From NCBI GenBank assembly GCA_004022145.1, contig RCNU01000004.1: a stretch of DNA of 64,000 nt; one strand, 5' to 3'. Below are positions 47,858 through 61,369 of the stretch, one piece after another (the first letter of the stretch is position 1; the number at the start of each line of letters is the position of its first letter). Position numbers and translations under genes: made by a program. The notes beneath the pieces were generated by a model that was given only the letters and a program-made list of their open reading frames with translations, did not search any database and was not told the origin of the DNA. The DNA is from Paecilomyces variotii (taxonomy: Eukaryota).

Positions 47858-48988
47858 ATGACGTTCCTTCTCCTTCTCGGCCTCCTGGCCACCAGCATCT
47901 CCTCCGTTACGGCGCAGACCTGGACGAACTGTAACCCGCTGAACGTGACCTGTCCCCCTGATCCAGCTTTGGGTACCAATGCCACCTTCAATTTCACATC
48001 TTCGCTTGACGACAAGATTTGGAATATCACAAACGGTGCCATTGATTACACGGACAAAGGTGCAGAGTTTTCTATCGCCAAAAGACTGCAGTCGCCGACG
48101 GTCCAGTCCAACTTCTACATCTTCGGCGGCATTGTCGAGTCCATCGTGCAGGCCGCCCCAGGTCGAGGTATCGTCAGCAGTGTGGTCCTGCAATCTGACG
48201 ATTTGGATGAGATTGATTGGGAGTGGGTGGGATACGACACCACCCATGTTCAGTCCAACTACTACAGCAAGGGCGTCGCTACTTATGGTCGTGCGGAATT
48301 CCACGAGGTCAACGGCAGCGCTACAACCGGCTTCCACAACTATACCACGTACTGGACACACGAGAAGCTGGAGTGGTGGATTGACGGGCAGCTCCAGCGG
48401 ACGTTGACCTACGATAATGCTACCAACGGAACGACATTCCCCCAGACCCCTATGAACATCCGATTGGGTGTCTGGCCTGCAGGCGATCCTAAGAACCCGA
48501 TAGGTACTATCGAATGGGCTGGCGGCGAGGTTGACTACGAAGCTGGACCTTACAACATGTACATCCAGCGGGTGCGAGTACACGACTTCTCCACCGGCAA
48601 GGAATACAAGTACACGGACCGCAGTGGCACCTGGGGGAGCATCGAGACTGTGCAGTAAGTTGGAATTTCTGTGTTGCCCACAGTCCATATCGCTAATTCA
48701 ATCAGGGGTAACTCCACCATTGAAAAGGAGATCAATAAGCCGCCAGCAGAGTCAGTGAGCCAGAAATGGGCCAAGCTGCCTAGCGGTGCCAAAATCGGCA
48801 TTGCCTGTGCCATTGCTGGCGTTGGCGCATGCGCGCTTGGCCTTTTCGCCTTCTACTGCGTCAAGCAGCGACGAGCTGGTCGCGCTGAGTATAACTTGGA
48901 GAACAGCAAGTTTGACACTAACAGGACGGAGATGTCGAACTTCCAGTCGCAATGGAGGCAAAGTGGATACCAGCCTGTCCGTAATTAG
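47858..48988 (+). CDS. GH16 Crh-family chitin transglycosylase-like protein with a C-terminal transmembrane helix, 2 exons
   Basis: Signal peptide, CNPL..CPPDPALG, catalytic DLDEIDWE, FHNYT, FPQTPMNIRLGVW, GTIEWAGG. Intron 48655-48705, then IGIACAIAGVGACALGLFAFYCVKQRR. Confidence 0.92.
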
Positions 48989-51296
48989 ATCTATCTGTCT
49001 TTTGATCTTCCCATGCCCTTACCCTCCCGGCTCTGCAGCGGCATCAAGCTCATGTCCAGGAAACTGCCACCGATCAAGTCACGCTGCGGCGTTGTATATC
49101 AACGGTGGGAACACACTCGTCGCGCACGGCTGGTCCAGGCGCCCAACGGTAGTTTCTAAGTGCATTTTGTCCATCCTCACACTCATCACCCGTTAGCACG
49201 CCGCATTGGGAGCCCTTGATGACCATTTCTGATGGAGTTTCCGAGTCTCTCTGTGTCCGGTCTTACCTGTCTTATTTATGCTAATCCTGTCTATATATCC
49301 ATCTTTTTTCTTGTCTCTCGCTTTCCCCTTCAGGTGCGCGCGACTATGCCTGTCACCGTGATGTACATAAGGGGTTATCATTCTGTCTTTCAGCCTCCTG
49401 TCGGATACACTATGGGGTGTTTTATTATTTCCGGGAATATTCTACACGACCGCACAAACAGACCATGTTCTTGAAACTCTCATTTGCGCTCTCTACTGTA
49501 AACATTGCGGCGGCCGCAGTTGCGGGCTGTACGAATATTGTATCCGCCTATTCTGGAGACACGTCCGTGGGGCAGTCAACTGAAACAGCGCTCAAACCAA
49601 AGGGGGATAGATTCTAATCTGTCATCCTGATTAGACACCTAATCCATTCGGAACCAGGATTACTGGTTAGACCGGGGATCAGATGCATTGATTCTTCAGA
49701 GATGATCGGTTGAAGATTTTTTAAGTTGCAAGAAAAGAGTCGCTTCCGCTGGGGGAGGGCAGCGGCTTTTAAAGAAGGCCCGCGTTTACTCGACCCTCTT
49801 TTAACGCGACTTTCACCACCCTGATTGGTGGCAGGAGCTCTGGTGGATTCCCGCAACTTGATTTATTGTGTGGTCTCCAGAGCCCAAGTGATTGGCTGGA
49901 TCACAAGGATCTCCTCGACCAATAGCATTCGACCTTAGGATTGTCAGTACTTGTACTCGAGTGAGTAACATTATTCTACCATACGGTAATAGATATATTA
50001 ATGTTTAGCCTGCACCAGACCTTTGATGCTTGCATCACTTCCATGCAATGTTCATGACAACCCAGAGCGGTCGAGCTGGTCATGGAAGATGCGTGCTATC
50101 ACTTAATATGATACCGGAGGCTACAACTTCCTGAGCTTGCGAACAGACATCGGGGTGTACGGAAGAGTGACAACGGAGTAATGATTCTACTTCTCTTTTC
50201 CCCTCAATGAACAAATATGGCGGTTAATAACACCTAAAAGGCCTCGTCATATAGTGCATAATTAATGCTGACAGTCATATGCACACACGTGAAAGACCCC
50301 TCAGACATGATGTCACATGATACATGCAATCGTCGAGATGAGACTTCAGTTTTTTTTTTCTCGATTCTCCCTTGCAGGACTTGTGAGACAACAGCCGTTG
50401 AGATTATACATTCCAGATATGAGGTGAGACAGCTATTAAGAATTATTGATCTTCTGGTATTCAGTACTAAATTGTTCGCAACAGGTCTGGGCTGCGTCTT
50501 GGCTCTTGAATAAGCGAGTTTCACACGCCTCGGGGATTTGTACTGGTTGCAAAGCATAAAACCTCACTGGTCGCCCAGAGATCCAGACTCCGATCGCATC
50601 GATTGGCTCCAGACCTCGCGAGTCGCTGGTCGGAAACACCATGCCTGATTCTGCTTTTTTTTTTCGAGTACAAGCAGAGTGGTGTTCGCGATGATTAATT
50701 CAAAAATCTCAACGGGAAAATTTGACTGAGACCGTGAATGCATTCCTGGCAGCCCGTGGAGAACTGGTGGCGATCCCATGTCTCGTGCATGCCGGTCTGA
50801 TACCACATACAGACGCTAAGCGTGGATGACGCAGTGTCCGATATCAACAATCGGGGACTTCCTCATCCAAAATCGCTCCGATCCCAACGGAGACGGGACG
50901 GCGGCGTTCTACAGTGGAACATCCGAGGTATCTCGGCCATGATGGGACACTCAGGGACCCGCGCTTGTTCCGTCATCAGCCACATCAAGCGGATCTGTCG
51001 CGGGATGATTTAAGTATCTGACTGTCGCGACGCAGCTATATAAATGTAGAGGAGCATTGAAACGGCATGAGCAGATAAGCCGCGCTCAGACAACAGCCTA
51101 CGCAATTGACGTCTCTTGGGAAAAGAGGAATCGCCTATAGGCAGTCATGGCGGATTTGTTGACATAGATCCATTCGCTGAACTTAAGAAATCGCGCTGTC
51201 ACAACACAGCGTATCCTCTGCATATTACCAACGAGGAATTTCAGGCAATCTAGCGATCTCTCAGACTGCGTTCATCTTTTCTTGTCGCTAGTCAAG

Positions 51297-54200
51297 ATGG
51301 CCTCTGCACCGCAGCATAGCCCGATCCCAGGGCCCATCGGCATGCCTCTATTGGGAAACATTTATGATCTCGATGCGGAAACACCCCTTAACAGCCTGGA
51401 GCGTCTGGCAGATACATATGGTGCGTTGGTCCTGGCGTGCGTATGTGATATGCGATCTTATACATCTTTCTGCGTCCTATAATGTTTTTCTTGCTTGAAA
51501 TATAAACGAACTGACAGAAATTTGAAGGCCCAATCTACAGACTGTCGATCTACGGTACAACGCGAGTATTCTTGTCATCACATGCGCTAGTTGACGAAGT
51601 CTGCGATGAGGAACGGTTTACAAAGTCGGTCTTTGGAGGATTGAAGGAGATCAGGAACGGTGTACATGATGGCCTCTTCACCGCGAACTATCCCGAAGAG
51701 GAAAACTGGGAGATTGCGCACCGTGTTCTTGTCCCGGCCTTTGGACCACTATCAATCCGGGGGATGTTTGATGGTGAGAAATCACAGAAGGAGTTCGGAT
51801 ACTGTTTTCGGGTATGTATGGCTGATCTGATGTGACAGAGATGTACGATATCGCCTCGCAGTTGATCATGAAGTGGGCTCGACAAGGGCCAAAGACTCCG
51901 ATCATCGTCACGGACGACTTTACCCGCCTGACACTCGACACTATCGCTCTATGTGCGATGGGCACGCGCTTCAACTCGTATTACCATGAGGAGATGCATC
52001 CCTTTGTGGACGCAATGTTAACATTGCTCACGGGATCTGGTAGACGCGCACGTCGTCCAGCTCTTATCAATAACCTCCCCACATCAGAAAATACCCAGTA
52101 CTGGAACGATATCGAGTTCCTGAAAAAGGTAGCGAAAGAATTGGTCGATGACAGGAGGGCAAACCCGGAGGATAAAAAGGATCTGCTCAACGCTATGATC
52201 TTGGGTAAAGATCCGAAGACAGGAAAGGGCCTCACAGACGATTCGATTATCAACAATATGATTACGTTTTTGATCGCAGGTATGGATTTTCATCTCATGG
52301 TTATTGCGAACGTATATCCATGTGCCAACACTGACAACGCTAGGCCATGAAACCACCTCTGGTCTGTTATCTTTCCTTTTCTACTATCTTTTGAAAACTC
52401 CACACGCATATAAAAAGGCACAGCAGGAGGTAGACGAGGTAATCGGGAAAAGAAAAATTACCATCGATGATCTTCCCAAGCTACGTTACATTAGCGCTGT
52501 CTTACGTGAAACGCTCCGTCTGAGACCAACGGCCCCTGCCTTTGCTTTGAGGCCTCATCCAACCAAGAATACAGAGGATCCTGTCACTTTGGGCCGCGGC
52601 AAGTATGCGCTGCATAAGGATGAATCCGTCGTGGTGCTCCTAGCGAAGTTACACCGGGACCCTGAGGTCTACGGACCAGATGCCGAAGAATTCAAGCCGG
52701 AGAGGATGCTGGATGAGAACTTTGACAAGCTGCCTAAGAATGCATGGAAGCCTTTCGGAAATGGTCTACGGGGTTGCATTGGCCGTCCCTTTGCCTGGCA
52801 AGAGGCGCTTATTGTCGTGGCCGTCCTACTCCAGAACTTCAATTTCCAGATGGATGATCCCAGTTACACTCTGGAGATAAAACAGACACTCACCATTAAG
52901 CCAAAGGATTTCAGGATGCGGGCTACTTTGCGGAGTGGACTTACTCCCACCAATCTCGAATCTGTGCTCAATGGCACCGGCGCAGGTCCAGCGGAAGTAT
53001 CCGGTGCGGCAAGCAGAAATCGTAAAGCAGAGGCGCCGTCGAATGGATCAGCTCCGGGACAAGGGAAGCCTATGTACATCTTCTTTGGAAGCAACACAGG
53101 GACCTGTGAGGCGTTCGCCAAAAGACTTGCAGACGACGCAATCAGCTATGGATATAATGCTCGGATCGATTCCCTTGACTCAGCGGCGCAAAATATCCCG
53201 AAAAAGGACCCGGTTGTCTTTATCACGTCATCATATGAAGGCCAACCTCCGGATAATGCTATTCACTTCTTCGAGTGGCTGAAGGGTTTGGAGGGGAAAC
53301 AACTGGAAGACGTCAATTATGCTGTATTTGGTTGTGGTCACCGTAAGTACCAACTTGATTTTAAATTTCAGTTGTGACTTGCCACTGACTCACTCTACCG
53401 CATAGATGATTGGCAAGCAACGTTTCACTTAGTACCCAAAACAGTTGACAGTCTTATTGAACAGAATGGGGCTTGTAGGCTTTGTGACATTGGTCTGGCT
53501 GATGCTGCGGCTTCTGATATGTTCAGTGACTTCGACACCTGGGGAGAATCGGCGTTCTGGCCCTCAATTACCTCAGCGTTTGGACAGTCGAAATCCAAGG
53601 ATGCGGCTAAGCCCAAGTCTGCACTCCAAGTTGAAGTAAGCTCAAGGGAGCGCACCTCCATCCTAGGTCTCCGTTTACAGGAAGGCCTGGTCCTTGAAAA
53701 CCAACTCCTCACGCAGCCCGGTGTGCCTGCCAAGCGCATGCTCAAGTTCAAGCTGCCGTCCGATACGACTTACCAGTGCGGCGATTACCTAGCTGTGCTT
53801 CCGGTGAACCCGAGCCATGTGGTCCGTCGAGCCATAAGTCGCTTCAATATCCCATGGGACGCTATGCTTCGTATTCAGAAAGCTCCCGGTGTGACCAGTT
53901 CACCAGCTTCGGTCCCTCTCGATTACCCTATCTCCGCATTTGAACTCTTGTCGACGTACGTCGAGCTGTCCCAGCCAGCTACGAAACGGGATGTGAACAT
54001 CCTCGCAGAAGCCGCCGCCTCAGATGCAGACACTCAAGCTGAACTTCGCTATCTGGCCTCGAGTCCGTCTCGTTTCAACGCAGAGATTGTGGCCAAACGA
54101 GTCAGTCCGCTAGATCTTCTGCTTCGGTATCCTGCGATTGACCTGTCTCTTGGCGATTATCTAGCAATGCTGCCGCCGATGCGTGTGCGTCAGTACTCGA

Positions 54201-54979
54201 TCTCGTCCTCGCCATTAGTTAATCCTTCCGAATGTTCCATAACACTCTCGGTTTTGAACTCCCCCTCATTGGCGTCCGGTAAAAATGCTAGTGAAAAGGA
54301 GGAAGAGGAAAGGTATCTCGGTGTTGCCTCAAACTATCTCTCTGAGCTCTCGGCAGGTGAGCAGGTTCATATAACTGTTCGCCCCTCGAACACCGGTTTT
54401 AAGCCTCCGTCTGATCTCAAGACGCCTATGATTATGGCCTGTGCTGGAAGTGGTCTTGCGCCTTTCCGTGGCTTCATAATGGACCGTGCGGAAAAGATTC
54501 GTGCCCGACGCACCAACTCGGAGGGTGGTGAGGCTGTGGAAACCGAGAAGCCCGCAGAAGCCATTCTCTACGCCGGCTGCCGGACCAAGGGCAAAGATGA
54601 TATCCACGCGGCAGAACTGGCTGAATGGGAGAGTCTGGGAGCTGTGCGTGTGCGATGGGCCTACAGTCGTCCTGAGGACGGCAGTAAAGGTCAGTATGTG
54701 CAGGATCTCATGCGGGCTGATAGAGAAGAGCTGGTACAGCTGTTTGAAAGTGGAGCTCGGGTCTATGTCTGCGGGAGCACAGCAGCAGGAAACGCCATCA
54801 GGGATGTCTGTAAGGAGGTTTACCTTGAGAAGAGGCGCGAAAGGATTCGTAAAATCAGGGAAACCGGAGAGACCGGGTCAGATTTGCCGGATGAAAATGA
54901 AGATGAGGAAACAGCGGCTGAGAAATTCTTTGCGAAACTGCGGGCTAGAGAGCGTTATGCCACGGATGTTTTCACTTGA
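51297..54979 (+). CDS. Self-sufficient cytochrome P450 / NADPH reductase fusion (CYP505, P450foxy/BM3-like fatty-acid hydroxylase)
   Basis: IAGHETT (split by an intron), ETLR, PER, PFGNGLRGCIG heme ligand, FMN loop FGSNTGT, RQYSISSS, AGSGLAPFRGF, VYVCG, C-terminal RYATDVF. Confidence 0.95.
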
Positions 54980-56752
54980 TCATATGCAGCCTGGGTTGGG
55001 ATGCATTGGTTTCTTGGTTTTGCCGTTAAACTGTCTTGGTATTTCTTTCCTCTGATTCTACTAGATTGTCCATATATAGACCACACTGGAATTTATAGTC
55101 TCGATTAGTATTCATCTCGTAGAATCCCATCCCTTGTCTTATGCCTGAGGCCTTTATATTCTGCGACTTCTTGAATCTGGTCCGTGTCTACTAACATCAA
55201 ACGAAGAACAAGATAAAAAGCTCGATCATTGAGTACTTGGGTTTCAGTGAGTAAATAAATTAATAAGGGCCAGCAGACTAGAGGCGTCTGATGATTCCCC
55301 TCCTGTCGACGCACGAGCAACCTGACTGGCAAGAAGGTTGGTGATGAACAAGATATTACTGGATTTCGTCACTCAGCTATTGGACCTCACGCGATTCATC
55401 ATATGTCGAAAGTGGCAGACTGTATTGCTCACCTCCCGAAGAGCCCTGTCGTCATCTTCTAGGAGTTACATGACGCTGCTACTGACGATGGTAGTATGTT
55501 GTACTTCAGCCACGCTGCATTCAGTAACATTTTCTAAACACCAAACTGTAGTCGTCTCTGAAAACAAGACACTTGCCACCCTTTTCGATGAAATCAAGAG
55601 CTACTTCGTCATCATCGATTTAAGAACACTCAAGGCGGTGCTGAGCCCGGTGGAAACATCCGCGTCGCTTATCTTTACCATTATTTTGTACTTTAAGCTC
55701 CAGGGCTCTGAAACCACAATTCCGGATCCAGTATAGACTCAAACAATGTCCTGCCTGGTTCAGAGCTGGAATATAACCCTGGATGTTGTTGATTTTGATC
55801 CTAGGGACACAGCCATGTGGTAAGATGGCCGCAAGGAAATATCAAGTTTTTCACATCAATGTCTATTCAGAGATCCTCAATTGAAGACGATCCTGTCGTC
55901 ATGATACTAACTTGGTTCTAATCTAGAACTTTGCCTCCTCCATCCTTACTTCAGACACCAAAGCCATGATCATCACGCTGGTGACTTGAACGAATCAATC
56001 TTTATTGAACCGCTGCAACGTTTCTTCTCCATTTCCGGCCTCCAGGATCTAAATGGAGTTGTTTGAATCGAAGAGAAAGTATACGTCCATTTACAATATG
56101 GACTGCGCAGATTTTGACTATGTATTCATTAGCGGCGCCTTGGCAGCTGATCCAAAGATGGAGCATACCATATCAACACGGAGTGAAGCATGATGATGCG
56201 GCGTCTGATCATGGTCCTATCCTGACGTCGTCAAACATTTGCAGATAATTGAACCGGAATAGGTAAATGGAGGACAAGAAGGGAAGTATTAGGCATTGGT
56301 TAACTATGATCGAGAGTAAAAGAGATGACGGGGATAAGCAAGAGGATATGTATGAACAAAGAAGGGATCGAGATAAGTTATGATGAGAAGCGTACAGTTA
56401 GAATCGTTTTTAACTACATATTAGCAGGAATTCAACTGGATCCAAAAAATCATCAACGCTCTCCAAACGAAATAGCCTCCATACAACAGTACAATAGGCC
56501 TAGTATTTTCGAGTATTCTCAAGCAATAACTCCGTGATGGTATAGAAGCATATTCTACCCAATAGCGGAATGAGCCAGATAAGGATCGTTCGTTCTTGTA
56601 CGCCCAGTCTATTTAAACGCTATAGACCAATGAGCGAGGCTACGAGGCGCACACTTAATGGAATTTCGGACAGTTTGATCTACTAAAGCAATGCCCGACT
56701 TTCTTGGCTTTGAATGGTGGCTGCGTCACCAACCTAACTCTATCGCAAACTA

Positions 56753-58589
56753 CGGAGTAGCGTGTCAAAACTCCTCGTGGATCGCCACTACTAGCGTTGT
56801 ATTCCGATTACAACTCCTAGTTCGTTTCATCTACAACTACACCGCTGATAGTTGCTTTTGACCGCTATTTCTACTATTTCATTAAATATGAAGCTATTTG
56901 GATCAATATTCTATATCCTAGACCTTCCTGACTACTCCGGAGTCTATACGAACACCACTGCCAGCGACCGTGCTAGCGACCGTGCCAGCGACCGTGCCAG
57001 CGACCGTGCCAGCAACACCACATCAAGATGCCTGTTCATCAAATTGCCGCTCAAGTGCAAGCTTTTACTCTACTCCTAATAGGTGTTAAGCCTAAAGATA
57101 TTCGCAAGCATACAGGAGTCCCTCCTTCTATACAAAGAGATATCCAGAAGCGAGCCTTTTAACGCGGTTATTGGCCACAGGAGAATCCTCTTATTAAGGA
57201 TAAATATATGATCAATGCCCCCTATTCTAAACAATCTAGAGTTATTATAGAGGAGACTAAAAAAGCTATTATAGACTCTATTTAAAAGGACTGAGCTAGG
57301 CGTAAGAAATCTGCTAAAGTTCTTATATATAAAGCTAATATTTCTTATATATCTGCCTGTTGGATTCTTCGCGAGTATAAATTTTTAAGATACAAACCTA
57401 TATAGAAACCTGATTTTACTAATAAGGCAAAGCGCTGTAGATTAGAATTTGCATATAATTATAAATACTAGACGCTTAAAGATTGGAAAAATATTATATA
57501 GAGTGATAAAATATCTATCATCCTTAATCGCCGCTATAGGCAAATTAGAGTCTGGCGTAAGACAGATAAAACCTATAATCCAACCTATATATAACAACGC
57601 TTCTCTAGGGCTTCTAACTTTATATTCTGGGGATACTTTTTATAAGATAAAAAAGGTCCTTATTATATTTAGAAGCTAGAGACTGCCCAAAAGAAAAAGA
57701 ATATTAAGAAGGAATTAAAGATCCTAAACTATAAACGCGAAGCTCTTTATTACTAAGAATAGGAGCTTCTCAACCCTATAAGCCGTATGAGCCTTTATAA
57801 TTTAAAAAGAAAGAAGCCAGTCTGGAGATTTACTATAAAGACTGGCAAGCTCGTACGCAAAGAAAAAGGTGGAGTTGACTGGTATTGCTATTAAAAGGTA
57901 AGTAAGATATCCCTTTAATTAAATAATACTGACCTAGCTCTAGCAAATCCTAATTATAAAGCTCATCCTCTTTATAAAGAAATGTCAGAGAGACTGACCA
58001 AATACAATTGTTTAGGAAGATAATGCTTCTTCGCATGCCCATCAAGCTTAGTAAGAGATATATAATTACTATAAAGTTATCCGGATACTCTGGCTGTCAA
58101 ACTCGCCGGATTTAAATATAATTAAGCCCTGCTAGTATTGAATAAAGAAACAGACTACTATATAAAAAGCTCTAAGCTCTAAAAAGATAGGTAAAGGTCT
58201 TTAGCTTCAAGCATGGAAGGATCTCCCATAGAGCAAGATCTAGGAGTGGATAAGTTATATCCCAGACCATATTAAAGCTGTCATTGCCTATAATAGCGGA
58301 AATAAATATAAGAAGAATAATAAAGATACGAAACGAAGCTATAAAGGGTATAAAAATAAGGGTAAGCTTAGCAAACATAAGGATATTGGCGATAGTAGTA
58401 TAGCCGGCTCAGCTGGCTCAGCTGGCTCAACTGCTGAGCTAGAGGAATATAAGGATATTGAGGATATTATAGATAACAAATAGGAATAGCTTCAATTAGC
58501 CCCTAAAAGGAAATGATTAGCAGCTAGAGTATTAGGGTATTACAGCCAAATTTACTAGTGCTCACAAGGATTTTTGACACGCTACTCCG
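56753..58589 (+). mobile_element. Tc1/mariner DNA transposon (DD34E), full-length but RIP-inactivated
   Basis: 27-bp TIRs CGGAGTAGCGTGTCAAAA(C/A)TCCT(C/T)GTG with TA on both flanks. Decayed transposase DWKNII*SDK, FWG, V*EDNA..WLSNSPDLNIIK, with 34 codons between D and the (E>K) position. Many TAA/TAG stops. Confidence 0.95.
56960..57013 (+). repeat. 12-bp tandem repeat GCCAGCGACCGT x4.5 inside the Tc1 element
   Basis: Directly visible. One unit carries CCA>CTA. Confidence 0.9.
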
Positions 58590-60913
58590 TATACATAGTT
58601 AACTACCTTCAGTCGGGTATTATTGCAATCACAAACCGATCTAGACTCCAGTGTTCAAAAATCAAGCAATTCTTGAGAGAAAAGCTAATTTAGCTTCTAG
58701 GCCTAAGGGGTACGGTAAGCCTTAAGGTTAACTGATCGTCGCGGGAGCTCAGATTGTATAATATCTCTGCCGATAGTGACCACTTCCGAGGAGGCTTATA
58801 GGCCAGAGACATCAAAAATAGCGCATGGACGAAGAGAAACTTCAAGTAGCAATGGATTGGGTTTCCAGAATAGTCTTCTGCGAGAGAGAAAGAATATTCA
58901 AACGGTCTAGTTATTGTTTTTCTGTCTGCACCGGGGATGCCCGGAAGCAGAACACTTTTGGAACCGTGGTTTTGTTCTGTCCCGGAAGAAGAAGTTTGGC
59001 TCATTTTTTTCGGACATGCGGAGCGATCGCAAATCGCAAGGTTTCCCAGAGATCCGATCGGTGTCTCATATCAGAGTTTGGCCGTTATCGATAGACTAAT
59101 GATCCATCCCAGGAACTTACTTACTGTCGGAGCACTATCTCTTCTAGAAGGAATGCGAGCCATCACGGATATGATACTCGATTCATCAACAGATTCGTAA
59201 TCACCGAAGAGCAGAAAGACTGATGTCAGACGGTATGCAGTCACAGGCTGATCGGACGGGATCTCGTGAGAAGCTCAACTTCAACCGCCTGACGGCGTCA
59301 AACTCAGAGACAGCAATACAGCATACAACGCGGTCATAGCTGCAGCTATCATATCGCGTCGCGTTTCAGAATGGGAAACGAGGGCACACGAAACAAGATC
59401 ACCGAAAGCCGCAATGTGATAGAAGGTGACTGCCAATACAAGCATTCTCGATGATGCTATCCGCGAGGCTCGAATTCTACCGGGAGCTCCCTTTCCAGCG
59501 TCCGTCAAATTTGGCTTGCCCCTGACCCGAGAGGGCAAAACTAGATACTCCGTACAATGGGCCGTTGTACGGGATCTGGAATAGCTTACTGCCACTACCG
59601 TCTCGCTAACCGACGAACTACTCTAGTCTGCGATTGATTGTGGATGCCCAGAACCCGACTGCAAGGTCCCGTACTACGTTAAGACGCAAAGGCAATGTTC
59701 CAAGGTTCGCATGAGGCGTCGGCTGCAACTCTACAGAGTTCTTCAGGTTCCGAGGGAGAACTCATGGCTAGGGTGGAGGAGATGCTGCTTGGGATACTGC
59801 GAAAGTCGGCGTCCCTTGCACAGGTTCGTCGTTTTCTCCCGAGGTGCTGTCGATCTCCTGCAAAAAAGTCTGGTTCTCACAGAGCTTGATAGCGAAATGT
59901 GGATCGCCGCGCCCGCTGTCTCTGGCCACTTGGATCGGCATCGCCTGGCGCATGGACGCATTTCATCTCCGTGGGTTTGTTGACGATGAACTCCACGGGC
60001 AAGCAAAAGCCTAAAGCAAAAGGCAACATGCGCAAAACTGGCAACCCAGAGTCCACGAGGATGAGGATGAGGATACTCAGTATTTTCAGGGTTGCCAGTG
60101 ACGATTCTAGGACGGGATACAGCATGGCAAATGAATACTGTATTCTAGTTTCTTCTCGTGAGATTACAAGCCACAGTGATCTGCATCGATCTTCGTGGCG
60201 TGATCAGAGAAGTAAACAGCGGCGCCTCTCGACGTGGCGCTCAAACGCGTTTGCCGTGGCTAATGCAGGACACCAACTGCCATTCGGACGTCTTGTTTGC
60301 ATAATACTCCGTACTCTAGACTAGAGTATCCAGCTGGAAGGGTCTCCACACGGGGGGATACACTGTTCGGTACACTTTTGATATAAGGGGCCGATCAGCA
60401 AGTCCAGCGCAACTCAAATGTCGATGCTTATGTGACATGAGTGGCGCATAAACTCGACAGCTTTGCCTTTCTTCTCTCGGACAGGAGTGAACGGATTAGG
60501 TATGGATGTGTGCAAAACAGGCTCGAGAAACTATCAGAACCATGAGCAACCCAGTCTTTTTTCTGTGATGGTCTGATCGATGGAGACCGACGGTCCATGT
60601 ATCTCCTACCCGGGGACTCAAATTACTCTAAAGCCCCAGAGCTATGGCGTGTGTGCTCCGCTGCATAGGTCGATCTCCTATCTGGAAAAAGACGTCGCTG
60701 ATCTCTGGCTATAAGAATCTTTCCCCCTCCTCGACCTGGTTTCCTTCGGTCAGGCCTACTGCTTCTTTCGATCCAGCAGCTTCGATATCTTCTCGACAGC
60801 TCTCATACCATACGAACTTTCCATCATATCGCTCTTTGACTTTTCTTGTTTCTTGACCAGGTCCTCCTTAACTTCTTTTTAATAGAAATCTTTTTGAATC
60901 ACCTACCTACAAG

Positions 60914-61369
60914 ATGAAGTTCACTTCCGTCGTCGCTGCCTTTGGCGCTGTCAACGTCGCTTTGGCTGCTCCAGCTGGTTTGGCTGGTCTTCGTGACCTA
61001 GTTCCTGGCCTGCCAGCTGGCCTTCCTGCTGGCCTTCCTAACGGCCTTCCTGCTGGTCTTCCTAGTGGCCTTCCTACCGGCCTTCCTACTCCTCCCTCCG
61101 GAGCTCTGCCATTCCCAACCGGAGCGATTCCCTCTGGCATTCCCACGCCGAGTGGTCTCCCCTCTGACCTCCCTGGTGAGTCTGAGGGCAACGCCATCGT
61201 CCGCCGCGGCCTCTTTCCGAAACCGCCCAAGGGACCTTTCCCTGAGCACCACCACCACCGCCCTCAGCCTACCGGTACTGTCCCTCTGCCAACGGGCGGT
61301 TTCCCTACTCCCACGGGTGGTCTTCCTTTCCTTAAGGATGACGTGCCCGTTACCAACTTCAGTGCTTAA
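60914..61369 (+). CDS. Small secreted Pro/Gly/Leu-rich repeat protein (151 aa)
   Basis: Signal peptide MKFTSVVAAFGAVNVALAAP, tandem GLP[A/N/S/T] x7, dibasic VRR site, HHHH. Strong codon bias and good start context (ACAAGATG). Confidence 0.8.
   Translation: MKFTSVVAAFGAVNVALAAPAGLAGLRDLVPGLPAGLPAGLPNGLPAGLPSGLPTGLPTPPSGALPFPTGAIPSGIPTPSGLPSDLPGESEGNAIVRRGLFPKPPKGPFPEHHHHRPQPTGTVPLPTGGFPTPTGGLPFLKDDVPVTNFSA

Noticed and set aside
37025..54979. Secondary-metabolite cluster formed by the adenylation enzyme and CYP505
   Set aside because: They are 12 kb apart with unrelated genes between them, and there is no carrier protein, PKS or intact cluster regulator.
55100..56540. Short ORFs after CYP505 (likewise 58600-60600 and 61700-63000)
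   Set aside because: Fragmented, with no recognisable domains; possibly decayed genes, but not supportable from sequence alone.
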